A DNA stretch of 64,000 nucleotides from Gemmatimonadota bacterium (lineage in GTDB: Bacteria > Gemmatimonadota > Gemmatimonadetes > Gemmatimonadales > GWC2-71-9). Shown here piece after piece: positions 45,501 to 56,413 of the stretch. Numbering within the stretch: position 1 is the first letter of the stretch; the number at the start of each line of letters is the position of its first letter. The stretch is from positions 1-64,000 of the forward strand of contig JAZDCY010000026.1 in assembly GCA_036679645.1 (NCBI GenBank). The letters are read 5' to 3'. The notes beneath the pieces are model-generated. The model ran no database searches. It had not been told where the DNA came from and saw nothing but the letters and a program-made list of their open reading frames with translations. Position numbers and translations under genes: made by a program.

Positions 45501-48144
45501 GGCACTCGGCCACGAAGCGGACGGGAAACACGGGGACGTATACGTCCTGCGCGAGGACCTGCTGCCCCCACAGGACCTCGTGTTGCTACGGGCGGCGGCA
45601 CGCGTGCTCATCTTGGCCAGCAACGGAACGCTGTCCGAGCACGTGATCCGGGTGCAGCGCGTGCGACCCGGACCGGTACCCCCTCGGCTCCGGGCGGCAC
45701 GCGAGCAAGGGGAGTCCGTTGCTCCAACGACACCGGATCTCGCATTCTTCAACGGCCTGGGTGGATTCACCTCTGATGGCCGCGAGTACGTGACCGTGCT
45801 CGGCCAAGGACAGTGGACGCCAGCTCCCTGGATCAACGTCGTGGCGAACTCGGCGTTCGGCTTCCAGGTTTCCGAGTCGGGATCGGGCTACAGCTGGTCG
45901 GTCAACAGCCGCGAGAACAAGCTGACACCATGGTCGAATGACCCAGTTGGCGACCCGTCAGGCGAGGCCTTCTACGTGCGCGATCGGGACAGTGGCCTGC
46001 TCTGGGGCCCGACTTGTCTTCCCATTCGCGAACACGCTACGCCTTACGTGGTCCGGCACGGCCAGGGGTACAGTCGCTTCGAGCACACGTCCCACGGCAT
46101 CGCCCTCGATCTGTTGCAACTCGTGCCGCCGCGCGACCCCGTCAAGATCTCGCGGCTCGTAATCGTGAACGAATCGAGTCGCACACGCCGTCTTTCGATC
46201 ACGGCGTATGTGGAATGGGTGCTCGGGGTCACGCGCAGCCGCTCCGCACCACACGTGGTCACGGAGACCGATCCCGCGACAAGCGCAATCTTCGCCCGTA
46301 ACGCCTGGAACGGTGAGTTCGCGCACCGGGTCGCATTTGCCGACCTCGGCGGGAGGCAGACGTCGTGGACCGGTGACCGGTTGGAGTTCCTGGGCCGCAA
46401 CGCGACCCTCGACCACCCCACCTCACTCGAGCGGGGCACGGAGTTGTCGGGAAATACCGGCGCCGGCCTCGATCCGTGTGCCGCGTTGCAGACGACGGTG
46501 GAGCTCGAGCCCGGCGAACGCACGGAGGTGCTGTTCCTGCTGGGACAAGGGGAGAGCGCCGCGCAGGCACGAACGCTGGTCGAACGGTATCGCGGGACGC
46601 AATGCGAAGCCCTGCTGCGCGAAGTCGAGGAACAATGGGACGGGGTGCTCGGGACGGTAGAAGTGCGGACACCGGACCCGTCAATGGACCTGCTGCTCAA
46701 TCGTTGGCTCGTCTACCAGACACTCTCGTGTCGTCTCTGGTCGCGCTCCGCGTTCTATCAGGCAGGTGGCGCATACGGGTTTCGCGATCAGCTACAGGAT
46801 GTTATGGCGTTGCTGGTGGCGCGGCCCGATCTTGCGCGTGCGCAGATCGTGCGCGCAGCCGCACAACAGTTCCCCGAGGGCGACGTCCAGCACTGGTGGC
46901 ATCCCCCCACCGGACGCGGTGTCCGCACGCGCATCTCCGACGACCGCCTCTGGCTCGTGTATGCGGTCATGCAGTACTTGCGCGTCACCGAGGACTGGGA
47001 CGTGCTCGACGAACTCGTCCCCTGGCTGGAAGGACCGCTCCTGCAAGAGCACCAGCAGGAATCCTACTTCGAGCCCACCGTTTCAGACGAACGAGAGACA
47101 CTCTACGAGCATTGTGCCCGGGCGTTGGACAGGAGTCTCGACGTGGGGAGCCACGGCCTCCCATTGATTGGCGCGGGCGACTGGAACGACGGCATGAACC
47201 GTGTCGGTAAAGAGGGACGCGGAGAGAGCGTGTGGTTGGGGTGGTTTCTCCATATGAATTTGCGCGAGTTTGCGCGGGTTGCCGACCGCCGCACAGAGAA
47301 GAAACGGGCGGCGCGGTGGGAAAAGGCAGCCAACTCGCTGGCGCGCGCTCTGGACACGCACGCATGGGACGGGGAATGGTACACGCGCGCGTTTTTCGAC
47401 GACGGGACGCCACTTGGATCGACGCGCAACGACGAGTGCCAGATCGACTCGATTGCCCAATCGTGGGCGGTCCTCTCCGGTGCCGGCAATCAGGAGCGCG
47501 CACGCAAGGCAATGGATTCGGTAGACCGGCGCCTGGTCCGCCGGGAGGACGGGCTGGTACTCCTGTTTACACCGCCGTTCGACAAGACGGCGCTGGATCC
47601 CGGTTACATCAAGGGATACGTCCCCGGCATCCGTGAGAACGGCGGGCAGTATACCCACGCGGCAGTCTGGTCGGTCATGGCATTCGCCAAGCTAGGTAAC
47701 GGAGACAAGAGCTTCGAGTTGTTCAGCCTGCTCAACCCAATTCACCACGCGAGCCGTCGCGCGAGCGCACAACGGTACAAGGTGGAACCCTATGTAGTCG
47801 CCGCGGATATCTACTCTTCTCCCTCTCACAGTGGGCGAGGAGGCTGGACGTGGTACACCGGGGCAGCGGCCTGGCTCTACCGTGCCGGCCTCGAGTCGAT
47901 CCTCGGGTTCCGTAAACACGGGTCGTCGCTTCGTATCGACCCGTGCATTCCGCGGGAGTGGAAGAGCTTCGAGATCACCTACCGTCACGGCGGCACGCGC
48001 TACCACATTGCCGTGGAGAATCCAGACGGCGTCTGCCGCGGCGTGGTGCGCGTCACCTTGGACGGTACGCTCCTGGGCGGAGACGCACGCATTCCGTTAT
48101 CCGACGACGGTGGCGAGCACCGTGTGGTGGTCGTTCTGGGTTAG
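39511..48144 (+). CDS. ndvB: Cyclic beta-1,2-glucan synthase (GT84 plus C-terminal GH94-like phosphorylase)
   Basis: 2,877 aa; GWERKRGKL, ITLDADT, SHDLFEG, RWVRGDWQL (GT); HRTSPTNMG, SWSGSMFEYLMP, MAHHQGM; QAGGAYGFRDQLQD, GDWNDGMN, ENGGQYTH, WYTGAA (GH94). Confidence 0.93.
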   Translation: MNPNDAVFAPLSRVELPISAEVFGIERLEQHAESLAAAQPTADDPSKGRALLPRVRENGQVLLAGYRNIVEAVREKSQITQAEEWILDNFHVVDEQVREIRDHLPRSYYKLLPKITDGYHLGGYPRVYGLVWAYVAHTDSRFDVETLQAFVRAYQRVQPLGIGELWAVTIHLRVALVENLRRLSELIIRARHGRAIADAVADRLLGLSGRPAERLDDVLGSLGTAPLASAFAVQLVQRLRDQAPSITPALHWLSENLAAQGKSPTDVVAQEHQAQAAANITVRNIVTSMRSMSSVNWPEFFESVSLVDKVFRSIPGFASMDFATRDKYRAAVEELSRGSRQSELEVAREAVTLAGEARGERERVSTNDRQDEQTIAPQDPAAQFIVPESREEDPGYYLVSRGRWAFEKRVGYRVPLRVRIRRAWRAHAVVGYFGAIAVLTALVLSGPLLVTSNAGASTPILILLTILALVPASEIAVALVHRLVTFVVPPRLLSKLELARGVPAELHTMVVVPTLLTSRADIEESIERLQVHYLANPIGHLHFALLTDWKDARHEHMPGDDDLVAVLADGIARLNERYGEPPGGGQRFTALHRRREWNQKEGKWIGWERKRGKLHELNRLLRGATDTTFIPIDGTPPTVPDGVRYVITLDADTRLPRSAAYRLIGAMAHPLNRPQFDPESGRVIEGYAILQPRIAPSLPTGPGSTMYQRIVSGPGGVDPYAAAVSDVYQDLFGEGSYTGKGIYDVDAFEAALAGRVPENALLSHDLFEGLFARAGLVTDVDLFEEFPTNYEVAVRRHHRWVRGDWQLLPWILGHERIKPAGKRARIPAHGRWKMLDNLRRSLSAPSSLLLGIAAWTVPTVPPLLWTSLFLIALVLPAFMPVLDGLIPKRQGFSKRSHLSATGRDVQVASLQALLAVTTLAHQARYMTDAVARTVGRLYLTKRHLLEWVPAAQAAYGVDLRLRTFYGHLRWSVVLAASAGVLSAISKPGAWPVAGPLVLLWILAPVLTWRLSLPRRPAERQRLSPNETRALRLVARRSWRFFETFVNDEERALPPDNFQEDPEPVVAHRTSPTNMGLYLLSTMVAHDFGWIGILDMVQRLEATLHTMTGLRRFHGHFVNWYDTRDLRPLEPLYISTVDSGNLAGHLIALAQGCRQFTRQPLLGPQILEGIRDALQPVLDSAEKAAFHPRAETVTGPQAREALEAVASLLDDPPTSQSEWVRRFDELETRAENLLDIAHTLSTSIEGKSESEILVWATAVRDTVRSHARDLAMLRSETDEASEATTATLEHRLSALALQAGQMARAMDFRFLFDPSRKLFSIGFRVADNTHDPSSYDLLASEARLASFVAIAKGDVSPRHWFLLGRALTPVGRGAALISWSGSMFEYLMPLLVMEQPASSLLDLTCRLVVERQIRYGAERGVPWGVSESAYNVRDVELTYQYSDFGVPGLGLKRGLFEDVVVAPYATALAAMVNARAVVDNMARLEEAGARGSYGFYEALDFTPSRLPEKQEVAVVRAYMAHHQGMTIVALGNVVHGGLTQRRFHANPTIQAAELLLQERTPRAVAVARPRGEEVQVAAHVRELVPPTLRRFESPHDISPRTHLLSNGRYVVMVTAAGSGFSRWRNLAVTRWREDTTRDSWGTFIFLRDVKTGDVWSAGFHPSGTEVDHYSVVYAEDRAKIMQRDRSLSTTLEIVVSPEDDAELRQLTVTNLETRDREIDVTSYLEVALAPQAADEAHPVFSNLFVETEFVPRFDTLLATRRPRSADEVTPWLAHLAAIEGETVGACQYESDRARFLGRGRAIRAPLSVIEGEPLTNSEGAVLDPIMSLRYRIAIPSGGTVRIVFTTLVAPTRDEALDVAEKYRHVGTFERESSLAWMYAQVQLHHLRITQDEAHLFQRLANRLLYSDPTLRATPQDLATNRLGPSGLWAHGISGDLPIAVVRVEREEERDVARQLLRAHEYWRLKGIAADLVILNAKGPSYAQGFQEAFEAMVRASQSALGHEADGKHGDVYVLREDLLPPQDLVLLRAAARVLILASNGTLSEHVIRVQRVRPGPVPPRLRAAREQGESVAPTTPDLAFFNGLGGFTSDGREYVTVLGQGQWTPAPWINVVANSAFGFQVSESGSGYSWSVNSRENKLTPWSNDPVGDPSGEAFYVRDRDSGLLWGPTCLPIREHATPYVVRHGQGYSRFEHTSHGIALDLLQLVPPRDPVKISRLVIVNESSRTRRLSITAYVEWVLGVTRSRSAPHVVTETDPATSAIFARNAWNGEFAHRVAFADLGGRQTSWTGDRLEFLGRNATLDHPTSLERGTELSGNTGAGLDPCAALQTTVELEPGERTEVLFLLGQGESAAQARTLVERYRGTQCEALLREVEEQWDGVLGTVEVRTPDPSMDLLLNRWLVYQTLSCRLWSRSAFYQAGGAYGFRDQLQDVMALLVARPDLARAQIVRAAAQQFPEGDVQHWWHPPTGRGVRTRISDDRLWLVYAVMQYLRVTEDWDVLDELVPWLEGPLLQEHQQESYFEPTVSDERETLYEHCARALDRSLDVGSHGLPLIGAGDWNDGMNRVGKEGRGESVWLGWFLHMNLREFARVADRRTEKKRAARWEKAANSLARALDTHAWDGEWYTRAFFDDGTPLGSTRNDECQIDSIAQSWAVLSGAGNQERARKAMDSVDRRLVRREDGLVLLFTPPFDKTALDPGYIKGYVPGIRENGGQYTHAAVWSVMAFAKLGNGDKSFELFSLLNPIHHASRRASAQRYKVEPYVVAADIYSSPSHSGRGGWTWYTGAAAWLYRAGLESILGFRKHGSSLRIDPCIPREWKSFEITYRHGGTRYHIAVENPDGVCRGVVRVTLDGTLLGGDARIPLSDDGGEHRVVVVLG

Positions 48145-48150
48145 CCCACG

Positions 48151-49179
48151 TTACTTGTAGGCAACCGCCGCGCTGGTCGGGCCGGCGAGCTGGATGATCT
48201 CGAACCTGGTGAAGCCCGCCTCGCTACACCACGCGCGGAAATCAGCGCCCGTGTAATCGAAGGCGTCGCCAAACTCGATAAGCATGTTCAGCGACATCAG
48301 CAGGCCGAAAGCGTTCTCGCGTCGCGCGTCGTCAATCAAGTTCTCAATCGCAATGAAGGCCCCGCCCTGGGGAAGCGCTTCGTAGGCCTTCCCAATCAGG
48401 ATCTTCTTCTTCTCCAAGTTCCAGTCGTGCAGGATGTTGCCCATCGTCACCACATCGGCCTTGGGTAGATCGTCCGCGAAAAAATCACCCGCTACAACGG
48501 TGATGCGATCGGTCATGCCGGCCGCGTCGATCTCGCGTTGCGCATGAGGGGACACCGGCGGGAGGTCAAAGCTCGTGAAGGTGAGGTGCTCGTGACGGGC
48601 GCCTACGAGTCGGGACAACAGCGCCAGGGCACCGCCGACGTCGCTCACGGTCTTGTAGCGGGAAAAATCGAACCCCTCCGCCAACGCCACGAAGTTTCCG
48701 ACCTGAAGCCCGGTCATCGCATTGAGGAATGCGCCGAGCTTGGCCTCACTGGCGTACAACTCCTCGAAGACGGACTTGCCGCTGATCTTCACCTCGTTCT
48801 GCGGTTGTCCCGTCTTCAGCGCCGTGCCTAGATCGTTCCAGAAGCCGAACAGGCGGGCATTGAGCATCTCCGGCATTCCGCCGATGTACGCGGGACTCTT
48901 CTTGTCCAGGAATGCGGCGGTCTCCGGCGAGTTCTTGTACCGTCCATCCGGTCCGTCGCCGTCGCGGTCGAGAAATCTCAGCGCCACCAACGCATCGAAG
49001 AAATCGTACGTCCCCCGCTGGTGCAGCTCCAGGGCCTCGCCAAGCTGTGGTGCGGTCATCGACCCGTCGCCGAGCGCTGAGAAGAGATCCAGTTCCACCG
49101 CGGTGAGCAGCACCTTCGAGGTCCAGAACGCGGTGGCGGTCTGCATGATACGGGTTGGATCGGGTGGGTTGCTCATCAT
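48151..49179 (-). CDS. SAM-dependent O-methyltransferase (dimerisation plus Methyltransf_2 domains)
   Basis: SKVLLTAVELDLF, DVGGALA, FDLP, AGDFF, GNILHDW; GAGGGAGG RBS. Confidence 0.92.
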   Translation of the reverse strand: MMSNPPDPTRIMQTATAFWTSKVLLTAVELDLFSALGDGSMTAPQLGEALELHQRGTYDFFDALVALRFLDRDGDGPDGRYKNSPETAAFLDKKSPAYIGGMPEMLNARLFGFWNDLGTALKTGQPQNEVKISGKSVFEELYASEAKLGAFLNAMTGLQVGNFVALAEGFDFSRYKTVSDVGGALALLSRLVGARHEHLTFTSFDLPPVSPHAQREIDAAGMTDRITVVAGDFFADDLPKADVVTMGNILHDWNLEKKKILIGKAYEALPQGGAFIAIENLIDDARRENAFGLLMSLNMLIEFGDAFDYTGADFRAWCSEAGFTRFEIIQLAGPTSAAVAYK

Positions 49180-49345
49180 CCTCCCTCGCGCGGTGGTGGT
49201 TCGGACTGGCCTACACACATACGATGCGGCAAGATCCGCGGTGGGCGATCCAACGTCAAGGTGGAGTTGCATCGCACACGCGGGCGCGCATCTTTCTGGT
49301 GGGTTACCCTACAGTTTCTCCCTGAGTCTCGAGGACGCTGGCAAA

Positions 49346-50184
49346 ATGCGCCGCACTGAAGGCACGGCCGTCGGCAAGCTCGACCAGTTCGAAAGCGTAT
49401 TCCGCGCCGCCGCAAAAGCTATATTCGAGTACACGCCCGTGCAGGTGAACTCGGTCCTCGTGGTGACGGACCTCGGAAAGAGCGAAGCACGGGCGCTCGG
49501 CAATCAGATCGAGGGATTCCTCGGCGTCTTGGGCGGCAGCGACGTGGCGTGGCGACTCGTGGCGGGAGATGAGTTCGCCACCGTACCGGACCTGCTCGGA
49601 CTCGTCGAATCCGAACGTCCCGATCTCATCTGTACGTATCGCCATCTCCACAGCCAGAGACCCAGGTGACCTCCACACCCGTTGTCGTCCTTCCTCACCC
49701 AAGCGCGCAGCGAGCTTCCGACCACGCACTGAAGGGTACCTCGGTGGTCATGGCGGTTACTGACCACCTCGTGGGCGATCACCGGCATGTGAACTGGGCC
49801 GCGCGGTTCACCGAGCCCAACGGGCGCATGATCCTCGCGAACGTGCAGGACAGTGCGACGTTCGAGCGTTTCATAGACGTGATTTCCAGGATCCCCTCGA
49901 TCGAGACGGAGCGCGCCCGCGAGGAGATTCACGAACGGCTGATGCGGGAGGCCGCTGACTACATCGACTCGTGTCGCGAGGTGCTCGAGCGGGAACGCGT
50001 GCCGATTGCCGTCGAGAGCATCGTGACCGTAGGGCACCGACTACGGGAGTACGAGAGGCTCATTGCAGAACACTCGGTCGATCTCCTCGTCTTCAACACG
50101 AAAGACGACGACCAACTCGCGATGCACGGCCTCGCGTATCCGCTGGCAATCGAGTTGCGTCAGATTCCCCTACTCCTGCTCTAG
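49346..50184 (+). pseudogene. Tandem universal-stress-protein-like protein, split at ~49660
   Basis: KLDQFESVFRAAAK...RPDLICTYRHLHS ends TGA 49669; second frame TQVTSTPVVVLPHP...VDLLVFNTKDDDQLAMHGLAYPLAIELRQIPLLLL has a USP-like terminus. Confidence 0.65.
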
Positions 50185-50223
50185 CTCACTTCGTCTTTGA
50201 TCCACGGGGCGCTCGACGAGTCA

Positions 50224-51636
50224 ATGATCAACCTACCGATCCAGGAGACGCACGCCGCGGCTCCCGACGTCTCGCTCGGCGTGACACTCCTTTTCACCGG
50301 GATCCTCGTCGCTCTAATCGTCTCGCTCGCTCTCGAAGAAAAGCTGCACGCCAAGAAGTCGCTGATCGTCGGTCTCTTCGCGGCCGCCTGTCTCTTCCTT
50401 GGTGCGGTGCTCCTGCCGCTACCGTACGGTCCCTACGCGATCGCCGGGCATAATATCGATCTCCCCATCTACATCCCCGCAATCGACTGGGGCGTGATCA
50501 CGATCATCCTCGGCGCGAGCCTCTTCGTGGATGTCACGTCGCGGTCGGGTTTGTTCACGTGGATTGCGATCAAGCTCACCAAGCTGTCCAAAGGAGATCC
50601 GCTCAAGCTGCTGTGGTTCTACGGCCTCATGACGGTCGTGTTCTCCGCCGTGCTCAACAACGTGACGGCGATGATCATCGTCGGGTCGTTGAGCGCCGTG
50701 TCGCTCGGCAAACTCGGCAGAACGAACAAGCTCCTTGGGTTTCTACTCATAGAAGGGTTGCTTACCAACGTCGGTGGGTTGCTCACCCTCATCAGCTCGG
50801 TACCCAACATCATCGTCGGCACCGCTGCCAACATCAGCTTCGCCGATTTCTTCATCAAGTCCAGCCCGTACGTCGTCGTCGCCACCGTGCTGACCATCTG
50901 GCTCGGTGCAAGGCTCTTCGCGATCAGAGGGCTGCAGAGCGATGAGGAGCGCGAGGCGGCCGTGCACTTGATCGAGGGATTCGATGAGCGCGATGGTATC
51001 GAGAGCCGGGCGTTTTTCTGGTTCGGCGCCGCGATGTTCGTGGCGTTCATTCTCGCCATTGCCACCGCGTCGGCGACGCCCTACGTCAGCGACCTCGGCA
51101 TGGGATTCATCGCGCTCAGCTTTGCGCTCGTCATGCTGATCCGCTACAAGGACGAGGTCGACGAGTTCTATCGAGGGGTAGACTGGGATCTGCTCGCCTT
51201 CTTCGCGGCGCTGTTCATTGTGATCAACGTGATGGAGCACGCGCAGGTGCTCGCGCTGATCGGCAAGGGACTCGAGCACATGATCGATCTTGGCGCGACG
51301 CTGGGCACGGGCGCCGTGCTCGTCGCGGCCGCCGGATTCAGTTCGGTCACCGACAACATCCCGCTGTCAGCGATGCTGGCGAAGATCGTAGCCGAGCTGC
51401 CCGCGGCGGACGGGGCGCTGCGCGGGCCGAGCGACCCTTTGTGGTGGTCGGTGATCTTCGGCACGAACCTGGGTGGTAATCTCACACCTATCGGGTCGGC
51501 ATCGACGCTTGTGGCCGTGACCATCATTCACAAGCACAAGATCTCGCTCAGCTTCAGCGGGTTCGTGCGTGTTGCGCTGCCTTTTGCCGTGGGGCAGGTG
51601 GCGCTGGCGTTGGTGTATGTTTTGTTTGTTATCTGA
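50224..51636 (+). CDS. ArsB/NhaD/SLC13 (IT superfamily) permease
   Basis: SAVLNNVT, NVGGLLTLISSVPNII, SSVTDNIP, GTNLGGNLTPIGSAS. Confidence 0.9.
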   Translation: MINLPIQETHAAAPDVSLGVTLLFTGILVALIVSLALEEKLHAKKSLIVGLFAAACLFLGAVLLPLPYGPYAIAGHNIDLPIYIPAIDWGVITIILGASLFVDVTSRSGLFTWIAIKLTKLSKGDPLKLLWFYGLMTVVFSAVLNNVTAMIIVGSLSAVSLGKLGRTNKLLGFLLIEGLLTNVGGLLTLISSVPNIIVGTAANISFADFFIKSSPYVVVATVLTIWLGARLFAIRGLQSDEEREAAVHLIEGFDERDGIESRAFFWFGAAMFVAFILAIATASATPYVSDLGMGFIALSFALVMLIRYKDEVDEFYRGVDWDLLAFFAALFIVINVMEHAQVLALIGKGLEHMIDLGATLGTGAVLVAAAGFSSVTDNIPLSAMLAKIVAELPAADGALRGPSDPLWWSVIFGTNLGGNLTPIGSASTLVAVTIIHKHKISLSFSGFVRVALPFAVGQVALALVYVLFVI

Positions 51637-51737
51637 TGAGAGTAGAGCGGCTAGAGCCGCTACTCGGCTGGTGTCGCTAAAGCGACGACGAGGGGATCCA
51701 ATGCAACATCCGCGCTTCTCGACGGCTACCGCGACGC

Positions 51738-52112
51738 CTACCGTAGTAAGACGATAAGCGTTACAGAAAGCCCAACGAGCGGAACGAACGTCGCCGTCCA
51801 GAAGCCGAACATCCACCGGAGCAATCGTTTCTCCGACTGACCAAGCGCGGTACGGACGTCCACGCGGAGATCCGCCATGTGCACCAACAGCTCCGCTCGA
51901 AGCTCGGCTATTCCTTTCGCCAAGTCCGCTCTCAGTTCCGCCATCCGCTGCTCGAGCTTGGCATCGAACCGCTGAAAATTCAGCTCATTCAGCTCTCGCA
52001 AATCGGCTTTGTACGTAGCGTCCACGGCGTTGAACCACTCCACGAGTTCATTCGCGATATCATCACCGAACTTCTCGTAAAACTTGCGAGACAGTTTGGC
52101 AGTAACCGGCAT
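51738..52112 (-). CDS. DUF1640/CCDC90-like coiled-coil protein with C-terminal TM anchor
   Basis: MPVTAKLSRKFYEKFGDDIANELVEWFN...heptad AELRADL/AELRAEL repeats...LLRWMFGFW. Confidence 0.8.
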   Translation of the reverse strand: MPVTAKLSRKFYEKFGDDIANELVEWFNAVDATYKADLRELNELNFQRFDAKLEQRMAELRADLAKGIAELRAELLVHMADLRVDVRTALGQSEKRLLRWMFGFWTATFVPLVGLSVTLIVLLR

Positions 52113-52257
52113 CGGTGGACGCTCCACTGGCTGGACCACCGACACCATACAACATACGCTCGGCCCGACGAGTACCGAAAGAGCGCTTGGGAGGGGTGTC
52201 TTCCCGCGTGGGGTGGCGGACCTCTAGCGTCACGCGAGGCTCTCACCTAGCCGTGCA

Positions 52258-54885
<2,628 letters not shown>

Positions 54886-55032
54886 CTGGAGGCAAAGATA
54901 GGACGGCGGCTAGGGGTTGGGAACGGGAGGGGTAGAGGAGGTGATCGGGAAGGCGTTACTCTGGCGGTTGCCCCGTATCACACTCAGATTCCCCACCAAT
55001 CGAGACCTGAGATCACTGGGGGGGGGACTACA

Positions 55033-55674
55033 ATGCGTAAGTCACTGCTGGTGCTGGCCGGAACGCTGTTCGTGGGAACGGGAGCGCAACCGCCACAAGC
55101 GTCCATGACCTTCTTCCTCACGAGTGTGGGCTCCGGGAACGGCGCCGACCTCGGCGGGCTGGAGGGGGCGGACAGGCACTGCCACGCCCTCGCGGAGGCG
55201 GTGGACGCCGGTGACGTCGAGTGGCGTGCATACCTCAGCACGATTGCGGCCGACGGCGAGCCGGCCGTGCACGCGCGGGATCGGATCGGGAGCGGGCCCT
55301 GGTACAACGCACGGAGCGTGATGGTGGCCCGGAACGTCGACGACCTGCACAGCGAGCGCAACAACCTGACCAAGGAGACACAGCTCACCGAGACGGGCGA
55401 CATGGTGAACGGCCGGGGCGACCGGCCCAACATGCACGACATCCTGACGGGCTCGCAGCTCGACGGGACGGCGTTCACCGGTGACGAGTACTCCAACTGC
55501 GACAACTGGACCAGTAGCGGCGAGGGGACCACCCGTGTGGGACATCACGACCGGATGGGTAGAGGCGAGAGCGGGGCGTCGTGGAATTCGGCGCACAACT
55601 CGCGCGGCTGCAGCCAGCAGAACCTGATAAGTACCGGTGGCAACGGCCTGTTCTACTGCTTCGCGATCAACTGA
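55033..55674 (+). CDS. Secreted C-type-lectin/endostatin-like fold protein
   Basis: Signal peptide; FFLTS.G.G.GADLGGLEGADRHC...WRAYLS...ARDRIGSGPW...HDILTGS...GLFYCFA. Confidence 0.85.
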   Translation: MRKSLLVLAGTLFVGTGAQPPQASMTFFLTSVGSGNGADLGGLEGADRHCHALAEAVDAGDVEWRAYLSTIAADGEPAVHARDRIGSGPWYNARSVMVARNVDDLHSERNNLTKETQLTETGDMVNGRGDRPNMHDILTGSQLDGTAFTGDEYSNCDNWTSSGEGTTRVGHHDRMGRGESGASWNSAHNSRGCSQQNLISTGGNGLFYCFAIN

Positions 55675-55689
55675 CCCAAGCCCGCGACC

Positions 55690-56394
55690 TCACCTTTCCG
55701 CGCTCAGCGCGGTGGTGGAACGCGGCTGGTTGAGGTAGCTCACCAGCGCCGAGATCTCCCGGTCGTCGAGGCCCAGGTCGGGCATCGTCATCCCGTCGTT
55801 GCTCGCGGCGCGGAAGCGCGCCGGATCGGCCAGCTTCGTGGCGAGCCACTCGGCGGGATACTGCCGCCCGGTCAACTCTGGACCCACGCGCAGCTCGTTC
55901 CGCTCGCTCGCTGCGGGGTCGTCACGTTTCATGTGGCAGGTGACGCATCCCGTCGCGACGAATAGCTGGCGGCCTCGGTCGACCGACCCGAGCGCCTGCC
56001 GCGTCCCTCCCGTGGGAATCACCCGGACCGGGAGTAACGTGATTCGGGACCCGCGAAAATCAGCGTCGATGGTGATCGACACGGCTCCGGCTTCGACGGC
56101 CGTGATGGTTACCTGGTAGACACCGGGACCGGCACCGGGACTTGGGCTGGCGCTGACGCGCCGGCGCTGCCAGGGCCAGCGGGAGCCCTCCCGCCGCACG
56201 GTAACCGTGGGGGAGCGGCCGCTCAGGAGTTGCTGGCCGTGCTGGCGAATGGTGAAGGTCAGGGGGGTTGGCCGACCCACCTCGAGGTATTCCGGCAGGT
56301 CGCGCACGGTGATGACGGTCCAGCCGCCGAACTCAGCCGGGCTAGCGGCCGTCAGCAGCAGGCCTAGCCCTATGGTCCCGATGGCACGTCGCAT
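55690..56394 (-). CDS. Exported monoheme cytochrome c with N-terminal Ig-like domain
   Basis: Signal peptide; GRQLFVATGCVTCH; VGPELT; distal Met in MTMPDL. Confidence 0.88.
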   Translation of the reverse strand: MRRAIGTIGLGLLLTAASPAEFGGWTVITVRDLPEYLEVGRPTPLTFTIRQHGQQLLSGRSPTVTVRREGSRWPWQRRRVSASPSPGAGPGVYQVTITAVEAGAVSITIDADFRGSRITLLPVRVIPTGGTRQALGSVDRGRQLFVATGCVTCHMKRDDPAASERNELRVGPELTGRQYPAEWLATKLADPARFRAASNDGMTMPDLGLDDREISALVSYLNQPRSTTALSAER

Positions 56395-56413
56395 GGTGCA
56401 CCTCGCTCTCTCG

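Noticed and set aside
49660..49672. Selenocysteine or stop read-through at the TGA
   Set aside because: The continuation is in a different frame, so read-through would not restore the protein.
55018..55026. G9 run in the RBS region of the lectin-like gene as a phase-variation switch
   Set aside because: Outside the coding frame, and it may simply be a G-rich SD or a homopolymer error.
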